27,154 bases of DNA from a virus (lineage: Duplodnaviria > Caudoviricetes). The translations under genes and the position numbers were made by a program. The notes beneath the pieces are model-generated. The model had not been told where the DNA came from. It ran no database searches and saw nothing but the letters and a program-made list of their open reading frames with translations. This document shows positions 15,940-23,697 of this stretch, piece by piece; within the stretch, counting starts at the first letter, position 1; each line of letters begins with the position of its first letter. The stretch covers positions 1 through 27,154 of IMG/VR virus record IMGVR_UViG_3300012352_000657. One strand, 5' to 3'.

Positions 15940-16500
15940 ATGGCTGAATATACAAGTTTCGTTATGGATCCATTCTACGCACTATCACGTGAAGTAGAAG
16001 CAACAAAGACCAAAGTAGCAGACAGCGTCTTTGAGAACTATAAACTCCAAGTAGCACAAACAAACGACATCAATAATCGCGCTATGCAAGTTGCATTGCA
16101 TGACTCAACTGCTTTGGCAAATCTAAAGCAGCAAACCGCTGACGCCGTTGTACAGACTATGTTGGCCGCCGCACGCACTGATGCAGCAGTAGGCGCAACA
16201 GCAGGTCTTACACAACGTATGTTGATGGAAGAATCATATCGCACTCGTGATTTGATTAATGGTTTGAACACTCAGAACTTAAACACAGCATTGATCAACC
16301 AAAACACAGCCTTAGTTGGTGGTGGTCTTGGTTACAATCAACTTGGTTTAGCTTATGGTGGCTTAAATTCTGCTTACCAATCTGCTAACTTGAGCAGCGC
16401 TGTTAATGCAATCGGTAGTCAAGTTTCTGGTCAACGTTTGGTTAATACTGGTACATACACCGGTAATACACAAACTCAAACACCTACTAACGTTCTTTAA
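15940..16500 (+). CDS. Ala/Gln/Asn-rich hypothetical protein, paralog 1
   Basis: SD AAGGA before ATG 15940. Aligns end to end with 16512..17066. Confidence 0.85.
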   Translation: MAEYTSFVMDPFYALSREVEATKTKVADSVFENYKLQVAQTNDINNRAMQVALHDSTALANLKQQTADAVVQTMLAAARTDAAVGATAGLTQRMLMEESYRTRDLINGLNTQNLNTALINQNTALVGGGLGYNQLGLAYGGLNSAYQSANLSSAVNAIGSQVSGQRLVNTGTYTGNTQTQTPTNVL

Positions 16501-16511
16501 GGAGATAAATC

Positions 16512-17066
16512 ATGGCTGACTCATTCATGATGGATCCATTCTACGCTCTTTCAAGAGAGATTGAATCTACAAAGACTAAAGTAGCTGACTCTGTATTCGA
16601 AAACTACAAATTGTCAGTAGCTCAAACTAATGATATTAACAACCGTGCTATGCAAGTAGCGTTACACGACACTGCAGCATTTGCTGATCTTAAGCAACAA
16701 ATTGCTAATAGTGTTGCTGAAACAATGTTGGCCGCAGCTCGTACCGATGCTGCTATTGGTCAAACTGCTTCATTGACACAGCGTATGTTGATGGAAGAAT
16801 CAGCACGTACACGCGAGTTGATTAATGGTTTGAATACACAAAACTTGAACACTGCTCTTATTAATCAAAACACAGCCTTAGTTGGTGGTGGTCTTGGTTA
16901 TCAAGGTCTAGGTTTAGCTTATGGTGGTTTGAACACTGCAGTTCAAACTGCAAATCTTGCTAGTGCAACTAATGCTCTTCAAAGTCAAATCCAAGATCAA
17001 AGTTTAGTTAATACAGGTACAATGTCAGGTAGCGAACAATCTCAAACTCCAACTAACGTAGTTTAA
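16512..17066 (+). CDS. Ala/Gln/Asn-rich hypothetical protein, paralog 2
   Basis: SD AAGGAG. Shared blocks MDPFYALSRE, AQTNDINNRAMQVALHD and LINGLNTQNLNTALINQNTALVGGGLGY. Confidence 0.85.
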   Translation: MADSFMMDPFYALSREIESTKTKVADSVFENYKLSVAQTNDINNRAMQVALHDTAAFADLKQQIANSVAETMLAAARTDAAIGQTASLTQRMLMEESARTRELINGLNTQNLNTALINQNTALVGGGLGYQGLGLAYGGLNTAVQTANLASATNALQSQIQDQSLVNTGTMSGSEQSQTPTNVV

Positions 17067-17076
17067 GGAGAATGAT

Positions 17077-17274
17077 ATGTTTGCAAGATTTGGTGGATAC
17101 GGCCGTCCGTATCTAGCAGCAGGCATTGGCTATCCGTATTACGGTGGCTATGGTTACGGTAACCCATACTGTGGATTCGGCTACGGTGGCTGCGGCTACG
17201 GTGGCTATGGTGGTTATGGTGGTTATGGTGGCTGGGGTCGTGGTTACGGTTATGGATATGGATACCCATATTAA
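17077..17274 (+). CDS. Gly/Tyr-rich low-complexity peptide
   Basis: SD AAGGAG. About 27 Gly and 18 Tyr in 65 aa, GGY repeats. Confidence 0.8.
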   Translation: MFARFGGYGRPYLAAGIGYPYYGGYGYGNPYCGFGYGGCGYGGYGGYGGYGGWGRGYGYGYGYPY

Positions 17275-17284
17275 TTAATAGGTA

Positions 17285-17316
17285 AGCGAATCTACCTATT
17301 AATGGGTGGGTTCGCT
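17285..17316 (+). other. Intercistronic hairpin
   Basis: AGCGAATCTACCTA-ttaa-TGGGTGGGTTCGCT, 14 bp with G-U pairs, no U tail. Confidence 0.65.
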
Positions 17317-17338
17317 CCTAATACAAGGAGTAAAAGAA

Positions 17339-17530
17339 ATGATTTATAGTCCAATATACTTTAGAAGTTATGGATTTCCATACTTTAATCCATCGTTTGG
17401 ATTTGGATTTACTGGATATGGAATTGGCGTTAACGCAATTGGTAGTCAATTTTCAAACCAAAGTTTAGTTAACACTGGAACATATACAGGTAGTTCACAA
17501 ATTCAATCACCAACTAATATTTGGGGATGA
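17339..17530 (+). CDS. Aromatic/Gly-rich 63-aa protein sharing the C-terminal motif of the two paralogs
   Basis: SD AAGGAG before ATG 17339. VNAIGSQFSNQSLVNTGTYTGSSQIQSPTN. Confidence 0.8.
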   Translation: MIYSPIYFRSYGFPYFNPSFGFGFTGYGIGVNAIGSQFSNQSLVNTGTYTGSSQIQSPTNIWG

Positions 17531-17534
17531 TTAA

Positions 17535-18368
17535 ATGTATAAGAGAATAGTAGTACTTGACGAAAATCAATTTGCTGAATGTGAAATAAAGACAAGTGGT
17601 TCATCAATTGAAAACGAAGAAGATATTATATCTGTAGACGTTCCATTGATGATTCGCTTACTTGAGTACGCTAGAGAAGACGCTAAGGCTGACGTAGATC
17701 TACATGTTGTAGCTACTAAGCTAGTTGACATGTGCGAAGAGTGTGAAGAGGCTTTAACTATGGAAGACTATGACGCTATTGTTGGCAAAGAAAGCCCTGC
17801 AGCTATCACCGAAGAATCTATGTTGTTTAGAATGGATTCTAGAACGTGGTGGTCAAGGTTTGCTTGGAGCCTGTTGAATTATTCAATAGCGTTAAACAGC
17901 GAAATTGATGGAAAAGAGCAAGCAGAACAGAGAATTTATTCTCACGCTAAGAAAATTGGTGGGTTGGTTGCTCCATACTATGGTGACGAAACAGGAAGAG
18001 TTTTTGGTGAGGCATTATCGACATTTGGGAAAATTGGCGTTACTGTTATGCAAGAACTTAAAGAAGGCACTCCTATTAATGGTACTAAAGCTAGATGGGA
18101 TCTCAACATTGAAGAGATTTCAACAATGTTGTCTACCGTTAATCCAGAGTATTGGCCAAAAGAACCTGTTAAGTCATATTTCAATATGTTAGTAACTTTC
18201 TGGCTTGATTCAATTAAAGCACGTGATGCTAGAGATTGGGAAGCTAATGAAGTAGCTATTGATAACATTGATAAACTTATTACAACTGGAACTGATGAAA
18301 TGCCTAGCTTAGCTGATGTATTTAGCGCTGGTATCATTGGAAAATTTCCAAAAGAGTTTGTAGGATAA
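17535..18368 (+). CDS. Two-domain protein: phage DVPL.IRLLEYAREDA domain plus a helical-bundle domain
   Basis: C-terminal pattern R..W, PYYG, RW..N..EI...L...NP.YW, AD.F..GI...FP..F recalls an uncharacterised family from spore-forming Firmicutes. Confidence 0.65.
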   Translation: MYKRIVVLDENQFAECEIKTSGSSIENEEDIISVDVPLMIRLLEYAREDAKADVDLHVVATKLVDMCEECEEALTMEDYDAIVGKESPAAITEESMLFRMDSRTWWSRFAWSLLNYSIALNSEIDGKEQAEQRIYSHAKKIGGLVAPYYGDETGRVFGEALSTFGKIGVTVMQELKEGTPINGTKARWDLNIEEISTMLSTVNPEYWPKEPVKSYFNMLVTFWLDSIKARDARDWEANEVAIDNIDKLITTGTDEMPSLADVFSAGIIGKFPKEFVG

Positions 18369-18372
18369 ACTT

Positions 18373-18618
18373 ATGTTAGTAAGTAAATCATCATCAGAAA
18401 ATATAGAGCATGAAAGTTTACCAGCTCATGTAGAACTGTGTTCTCAAAGAGTTGCTGTTCTCAATAAACGAATACTTGATATTGAGAATAGTCATATTAA
18501 ACTTAATGAAGAATTAGATTCGTTGCGTCTGTTTATTATAAAATCAATTAGTACTGCTACAGCAGTTTTAACAACTATTGTATCTTTAACTATTATTATA
18601 TTAGATAGGATGAATTGA
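18373..18618 (+). CDS. Coiled-coil protein with C-terminal transmembrane helix
   Basis: SLPAHVELCSQR motif and a hydrophobic C-terminus. Confidence 0.7.
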   Translation: MLVSKSSSENIEHESLPAHVELCSQRVAVLNKRILDIENSHIKLNEELDSLRLFIIKSISTATAVLTTIVSLTIIILDRMN

Positions 18619-18619
18619 T

Positions 18620-18979
18620 ATGACTAATCAATTTGATAGTTCTATATTAAATTTAGCTAGACAACAAATATCAGAAGAATACATTAAAAGTAAATCTGAA
18701 GATCTTGCTAATTGGTTAATAGAGTGTGATAGAGTGTGGAAAGAAGAAGGCACAATGCTTCCATATCCTACGTATTCGTTTTATCCAAGTGAAGAAGATA
18801 TTATTGCTAGAGCTAAATTATTAAGTGGCACTTCTATTGAACAAGCAATTGAAGAGCCAAATGAAGAATTAGTTGAAGCTAAAGAAAAAGTTGGTGTAAA
18901 TGAAGAAATTAGTATTATAAAGGAGACGATAGTAAATCCTATTGTCACCTATAAGAAAAAGAGAAAGTGGATTAAATAA
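18620..18979 (+). CDS. Phage hypothetical protein (YP.EEDII.RAK.L motif)
   Basis: Tightly packed ORF with a motif common in T4-like phages. Confidence 0.7.
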   Translation: MTNQFDSSILNLARQQISEEYIKSKSEDLANWLIECDRVWKEEGTMLPYPTYSFYPSEEDIIARAKLLSGTSIEQAIEEPNEELVEAKEKVGVNEEISIIKETIVNPIVTYKKKRKWIK

Positions 18980-19470
18980 TGTTTCCTTTCTTATTTCAAC
19001 CAATACGCAAACTTAGAAGATTGCCAAGAGTATTACCAAGGCGGCCAATCTATCCAGTATGTTCATTTAATTCTATAGGTGGTGCTGGTGATGATATTAT
19101 TATTACAGGTGGTGTAGGACCTGCTGGACCTCCGGGCCCGGCAGGACCGACTGGTCCACAGGGTCCTGTGGGTCCACAAGGCCCAGCTGGAAGTTTGAAT
19201 ATTCCCACAACCACAGTTGAATCTAATTACCTTGTCACAGCTGATGACTATTTTATCGGCGTTGTTACAAGCGCACCGTTTCTTATCACGCTACCGTTAT
19301 CTGTAGAAGGTACAGTTTATATCGTTAAAGACGTGCTAGGGACAGCAGCAACAAATCCAATCACCATCACAAACACAGCTTTGATTGATGGTTCCATTAA
19401 TGCAACAATTAATGTCAATTACGGATCCATAACATTTGTGTTTAGTGATGACGTATGGAACATTGTATAA
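18979..19470 (+). CDS. Short collagen-like fibre protein with C-terminal beta domain
   Basis: Eight G-P-X triplets, then DYFIGV..ITLP..G.VYIVKD..IDG..YGSITFV..W. Confidence 0.8.
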   Translation: MFPFLFQPIRKLRRLPRVLPRRPIYPVCSFNSIGGAGDDIIITGGVGPAGPPGPAGPTGPQGPVGPQGPAGSLNIPTTTVESNYLVTADDYFIGVVTSAPFLITLPLSVEGTVYIVKDVLGTAATNPITITNTALIDGSINATINVNYGSITFVFSDDVWNIV

Positions 19471-19482
19471 AAGGAAAAATAT

Positions 19483-19698
19483 ATGTACAAAAGATTAGAT
19501 GTATACCCAAATGGTGCACCAATACCAGCATCACTACCAGACAGTTATCAACCAGCTGGATATGGTAATGCTCCAAAAGGTCAAAATTGTTTGACTTGCA
19601 AAGCGTTCAATTTAGACACTAGAATTTGCTCTAAGTGGAATGCCCAAGTCAAATATAGATGGTGGTGCATTGCGTGGCAACCCCGCTCAAGCGTATAA
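19483..19698 (+). CDS. HiPIP-like small Cys protein
   Basis: YQ...GQNCLTC-x9-C-x12-C (V..RWWCIAW) resembles HiPIP ligand spacing. Confidence 0.6.
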   Translation: MYKRLDVYPNGAPIPASLPDSYQPAGYGNAPKGQNCLTCKAFNLDTRICSKWNAQVKYRWWCIAWQPRSSV

Positions 19699-19719
19699 CA
19701 AAAACAAAGGGAAGACAAA

Positions 19720-20121
19720 ATGTCATACACAAATAATTCACTGTCAATAATTGGCGGTACAGGAATAACAGTAACACCAACTACAAACACTGGTGCTACG
19801 ACCATCACACTAGACGTTGTCGCAGGCCCAGATATTCTGGCTGTGCGCGTTGCTACAACAACACCTGTTGCAGTATTAACAACTAATGAAGTAGTTAGTG
19901 TTGAAGTTCCAGGTCCAGTAGCAGTTGCTGTAACATTACCAACAGGTGTAACAGGACAGGTATTCTATATCAAAGATGGATTGGGATTAGCTGCGCCAGC
20001 TACACCTATTACTATTACTCCAGCAGCTGGTACAATCGATGGCGCAGCAACAGCAACAATCAATGCTCCATACGGTTCATTAACATTCGTATACTCTGGC
20101 ACAGAGTGGAAACTATTATAA
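19720..20121 (+). CDS. Thr/Val/Ala-rich beta-domain protein, paralog of the 18979 C-domain
   Basis: VTLP.G.TGQVFYIKD..G.A...ITI..IDG..YGSLTFVYSGTEW. Confidence 0.8.
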   Translation: MSYTNNSLSIIGGTGITVTPTTNTGATTITLDVVAGPDILAVRVATTTPVAVLTTNEVVSVEVPGPVAVAVTLPTGVTGQVFYIKDGLGLAAPATPITITPAAGTIDGAATATINAPYGSLTFVYSGTEWKLL

Positions 20122-20124
20122 TCT

Positions 20125-20607
20125 ATGGCTTATAACAGACAACCAAATGTGGTGTTAGCTGGCAGAGGATTGCTACAAAATCCTTTGCCAACAACATTGG
20201 CTCCAGCTGGTATACTGCCCGTTTCTTTAGATGCTAATATAGCCACTACAACTTCTTTAGGTGTTGTTCAAATTGGTAGTGGAATTAATGTAAACGCAAA
20301 TGGTGTTATTTCAGTTAATAATAGTGGAAGCGGTTTAATTAACGTTACACTTACATCTGTAAACTATAACGCTTTACAAACAGATTACTATATTGGTTGC
20401 ACTAACGAGAAAGATGATAAGATAACAATTACATTACCGCTTGGTGTTACTGGTAAAGTTTACATTATCAAGAATCAAGATAATGGAGGTTCAGTTAAAG
20501 TAACTGGTTCAGCAGGTCAAAAAATAGATAACTTTACTACATTAAATTTAAGTAATGAATCGGGCATTATGCTGGTATTTGATGGAACCCGCTGGAACGT
20601 AATTTAA
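20125..20607 (+). CDS. Fibre-like protein, third copy of the beta domain
   Basis: ATTTSLGVVQIGSGINV..NGVIS fibre repeat plus DYYIG..ITLP.G..GKVYIIK..ID..LVFDGTRW. Confidence 0.8.
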   Translation: MAYNRQPNVVLAGRGLLQNPLPTTLAPAGILPVSLDANIATTTSLGVVQIGSGINVNANGVISVNNSGSGLINVTLTSVNYNALQTDYYIGCTNEKDDKITITLPLGVTGKVYIIKNQDNGGSVKVTGSAGQKIDNFTTLNLSNESGIMLVFDGTRWNVI

Positions 20608-20613
20608 AAAAAT

Positions 20614-20643
20614 ATTTACAACAGGAAATTGCTGTGGTATAAT
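20614..20643 (+). promoter_or_regulatory. Early-type promoter
   Basis: ATTTACAACAGG...TGTGGTATAAT. Confidence 0.75.
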
Positions 20644-20724
20644 TGATTTATAGATTATATAAATTAGAATTGTAATCTATAGGTTGCACAATATGTGTGT
20701 TTTTTTAATTTATATAAATTATAA

Positions 20725-20982
20725 ATGGAGTTTATCATGAAAGATGCAAGTACAGTTAACCAAGTGAATAGTATGTTAACAGAAGTGGATAATATACTGT
20801 GTAAAAAGATTGAAAGCGATTTTTTGCATTTAATTGAATTAGCTGATGAAATGGCTGAAAACGCCACTAAATTTGAGGGTCAGGGATATAAATCGTTTCT
20901 AGATTCCCGCAATAATTTAGTTTCTGCCTTAACATCTTTAAGTAAAGATTACAAAAATTTAGTCTGCGTTTTAAAGCATTAA
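20725..20982 (+). CDS. Hypothetical protein
   Basis: ORF between two promoters. The start may be the second Met (20737) after GGAG. Confidence 0.6.
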   Translation: MEFIMKDASTVNQVNSMLTEVDNILCKKIESDFLHLIELADEMAENATKFEGQGYKSFLDSRNNLVSALTSLSKDYKNLVCVLKH

Positions 20983-20983
20983 T

Positions 20984-21013
20984 ATATACAGCGGGTTATT
21001 TCTGTGATATAAT
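20984..21013 (+). promoter_or_regulatory. Early-type promoter
   Basis: ATATACAGCGGG...TGTGATATAAT. Confidence 0.75.
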
Positions 21014-21037
21014 AATACTATATTATTAAGGAACACT

Positions 21038-21931
21038 ATGAAATTAGCACTCGCATCAGATCTCCACTTAGAATTCGATAACATCGTTTTAAAGAATGAA
21101 CAAAACGCTGACGTATTAATTCTAAGTGGCGACATTTGCGTTGCTAAAACAGTTGAGAAATTTATTCCATTCTTTGCAAACTGCTCTAATGAATTTCCAC
21201 ACGTAGTTTACGTTGCTGGTAATCATGAGCATTATGGTTACGATTTTAAATACACAATCAGTGATATTAAAAAAGTACTAGCATCTCTTCCAAATATTCA
21301 TCTACTAGATAAAGAAACATTTACGCTTGGTGATGTTACTTTTATTGGTGGTACATTATGGACTGATATGAATGAAGAAGATTCTTTGACTATGCTTCAT
21401 GTTAAAAGAGCTATGAGTGATTATCATGTCATTGAAAATAGTAATCGTATGGTGCAAAGGAAAGTGCCACTATATGAGATGAATCCTAATTATACTGAAG
21501 ATGGTAAAAATGGTAGTCGTTATAAACTTGATGAAAGAGGTTATAACATTTTCATTGGTGAAAAGACAAAAGAAGAACCAGCTCGCTTTGCACCAGAGGA
21601 TACTGTTGAAGATCATCGTAAAATGTTAGAGTATATTAAGTTATGCACTGCAGAAAGTAATCAAAAGTTTGTAGTGGTAGGTCATCATGCACCAAGCAAA
21701 TTGAGTACGCATCCTCGCTATCAACATGATACGACTATGAATGGTGCTTATAGTTCAGACTTAATTGAGTTTATTATGGATAGACCATGCATTAAACTAT
21801 GGACTCACGGACATACACATGATGTGTTTGATTATATGATTGGTACTACACGAGTTAGTTGTAATCCAAGAGGTTACAGTGGATATGAACAACGTGCAGA
21901 AAATTTTGAATTGAAGTATTTGGAGGTATAA
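21038..21931 (+). CDS. Calcineurin-like metallophosphoesterase
   Basis: SDLH, GDI, GNHE, HHAP, HGHTH, NPRGY. Confidence 0.9.
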   Translation: MKLALASDLHLEFDNIVLKNEQNADVLILSGDICVAKTVEKFIPFFANCSNEFPHVVYVAGNHEHYGYDFKYTISDIKKVLASLPNIHLLDKETFTLGDVTFIGGTLWTDMNEEDSLTMLHVKRAMSDYHVIENSNRMVQRKVPLYEMNPNYTEDGKNGSRYKLDERGYNIFIGEKTKEEPARFAPEDTVEDHRKMLEYIKLCTAESNQKFVVVGHHAPSKLSTHPRYQHDTTMNGAYSSDLIEFIMDRPCIKLWTHGHTHDVFDYMIGTTRVSCNPRGYSGYEQRAENFELKYLEV

Positions 21932-22221
21932 TGGCTAAGAAGAAAACTGAATTAGTAATGGTAGAAACTGTACAACAATTTAGACAACGTTATCTTGTTG
22001 AAGTACCAGTTGGTAAAAAAGATTGGGCATTAGATACCGTTGTATCTGAACAGGCCAAAGAGTTTTCTCAACTAGATATTGGTGAAACAATTGTATCTCA
22101 TCGTGTTGTTTCTGAAGAAGAAGCATTTGAGTTATGTGATGAAGATAATAGATATTGTGGAGCTTGGGATAAGCAAGCAAAGATTGACGCATTCTTTACA
22201 TTAGAAAAAGATTTAAAATGA
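21931..22221 (+). CDS. Hypothetical protein
   Basis: Translationally coupled ORF, SD GGAGGT. Confidence 0.7.
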   Translation: MAKKKTELVMVETVQQFRQRYLVEVPVGKKDWALDTVVSEQAKEFSQLDIGETIVSHRVVSEEEAFELCDEDNRYCGAWDKQAKIDAFFTLEKDLK

Positions 22222-22823
22222 AAGTCTACATAAACAAATACAAGAGTCATTGGATTAGTCCATACACTATTGTTGAGTATATGTTCTTTTGGACAGCGTG
22301 GTCTAAGTGTGCACGTAAAAATGGTTTTGTACCAGATAATGAGTGGGTACATGCACCTGCTTGGTCAGACACATTAGCTACTATTATCGAACCAATTAGT
22401 CACATCATTAAATTCATATGGGAAAAGGTAGATCGTAAAATCGATTATGTAAAGATCGATCGTTGGGATACTTGGTCAATGGATTCTACATTAACTAAGA
22501 TTATTCTACCAATGTTAAAGCAATTAAAAGCTAATAAAGGTGGATCACCAAACGTAGACGATCAAGACGTTCCTGAGTACTTAAGAAGTCATATGGCTCA
22601 GCCAAAAGAATATGAGTGGGATACAGATGATCTATGGCATATGCGTTGGCAATGGGTTATGGATGAAATGATTTTTGCATTTGAGAAATTGAATGAGGAT
22701 GATTGGGAACAAGAATTCTATAAAGATAAAGAATGGGATAAAGAAGGTTGGAGCAAAGTTGATAATCGTATTCAAAATGGATTAACTTTATTTGGCAAAT
22801 ATTTTAGAGCGTTATGGGATTAA
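22218..22823 (+). CDS. Conserved T4-like hypothetical protein
   Basis: KIDRWDTWSMD.TL..II.PMLKQLK, RW.WVMDEMIFAF, G..LFGKYF..LWD. Confidence 0.75.
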   Translation: MKVYINKYKSHWISPYTIVEYMFFWTAWSKCARKNGFVPDNEWVHAPAWSDTLATIIEPISHIIKFIWEKVDRKIDYVKIDRWDTWSMDSTLTKIILPMLKQLKANKGGSPNVDDQDVPEYLRSHMAQPKEYEWDTDDLWHMRWQWVMDEMIFAFEKLNEDDWEQEFYKDKEWDKEGWSKVDNRIQNGLTLFGKYFRALWD

Positions 22824-22824
22824 G

Positions 22825-23130
22825 ATGATTGAATTTATATTAGGATTTATTTTAGGCGCATTCTTATTTGCGATTCATATACAAATCAAAAAGTTTAAAT
22901 TATTGCGTGAACTAGAAACTAGCGTAGGTGAATCCTTAGAGCGTTTAAAAGATCGAATTATTCCATCACGCATTGAAGAAGAAAATGGTATGCTTTATTT
23001 GTATAATAAAGAAACCAATGAGTTTCTAGGTCAAGGTAAAACCTTTAACGAATTAGAACAAAATGTGAAAGAGAAGTTTCCTAACAAATTGTTTAATGTA
23101 CCACAAGAGGAGTTAAATAAGTATGAATGA
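22825..23130 (+). CDS. Hypothetical protein with N-terminal membrane anchor
   Basis: MIEFILGFILGAFLFAIHI. ATG just after the upstream stop. Confidence 0.7.
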   Translation: MIEFILGFILGAFLFAIHIQIKKFKLLRELETSVGESLERLKDRIIPSRIEEENGMLYLYNKETNEFLGQGKTFNELEQNVKEKFPNKLFNVPQEELNKYE

Positions 23131-23362
23131 TAAAGAAGTGTTTTTTAAATCATTAGTTATTATTACAGCATCAGTAACTTTATTAATGGGTGGAATAATT
23201 GCTGCTAATATTATCAATACCGGTTATGTAAAAGACTTAGTTAAGTTGTCTCTTGAAAAAGGACAAAATCCAGTGTATGTGAAATGCGCTATGGAGACTA
23301 ATTCATCTCAAGAATGTAAGACAATGATGACGGTGATTGCAGTATCTAAATCAGATAAATAG
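23123..23362 (+). CDS. Small membrane protein
   Basis: One TM helix, GQNPVYVKCA motif. Confidence 0.65.
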   Translation: MNDKEVFFKSLVIITASVTLLMGGIIAANIINTGYVKDLVKLSLEKGQNPVYVKCAMETNSSQECKTMMTVIAVSKSDK

Positions 23363-23366
23363 ATAC

Positions 23367-23696
23367 ATGCCAGGAATAGCAAGAGTCAATCAAGATAGAG
23401 CCGGTGGTCTTATCACCGGCAATTTAGCACCTACAGTTTTTATAAATGGTCAACCCATCGCTGTAAAAGGTGCTAGTGTGCAAGGACATGGATTGGGTTC
23501 TCATGCTGGACCAGTAATAGATGGATCTTCTAAAACAGTATTCGCTAATGGAATTGGTGTTGCTAGAATAGGTGATTTAGCTACATGTGGCGATGCAATT
23601 TCAACTGGATCTGGTAACGTTAATGCCGGCGGTGTAACATCCTTTGGTGGTAGTGTATTAGGTATTTCACAATTAGGACAAGAGGCACTAAGTTAA
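23367..23696 (+). CDS. PAAR-motif spike-tip protein (T4 gp5.4-like)
   Basis: MPGIARV, TVFINGQPIA, H....H, GS.TVFANG..VARIGD...CG. Late-like GATAAATA at 23354. Confidence 0.88.
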   Translation: MPGIARVNQDRAGGLITGNLAPTVFINGQPIAVKGASVQGHGLGSHAGPVIDGSSKTVFANGIGVARIGDLATCGDAISTGSGNVNAGGVTSFGGSVLGISQLGQEALS

Positions 23697-23697
23697 T

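Noticed and set aside
15940-17066. Diversity-generating retroelement TR/VR pair
   Set aside because: Differences are mostly synonymous and not adenine-specific, and no reverse transcriptase is present in the window.
17063-17269. His-rich minus-strand ORF
   Set aside because: It is the antisense shadow of the GGY repeats. The + strand ORF has the SD and fits the operon.
17077-17530. RiPP or bacteriocin precursor interpretation of the small peptides
   Set aside because: No leader/core structure, and no modifying enzyme, dedicated peptidase or transporter is seen in the operon.
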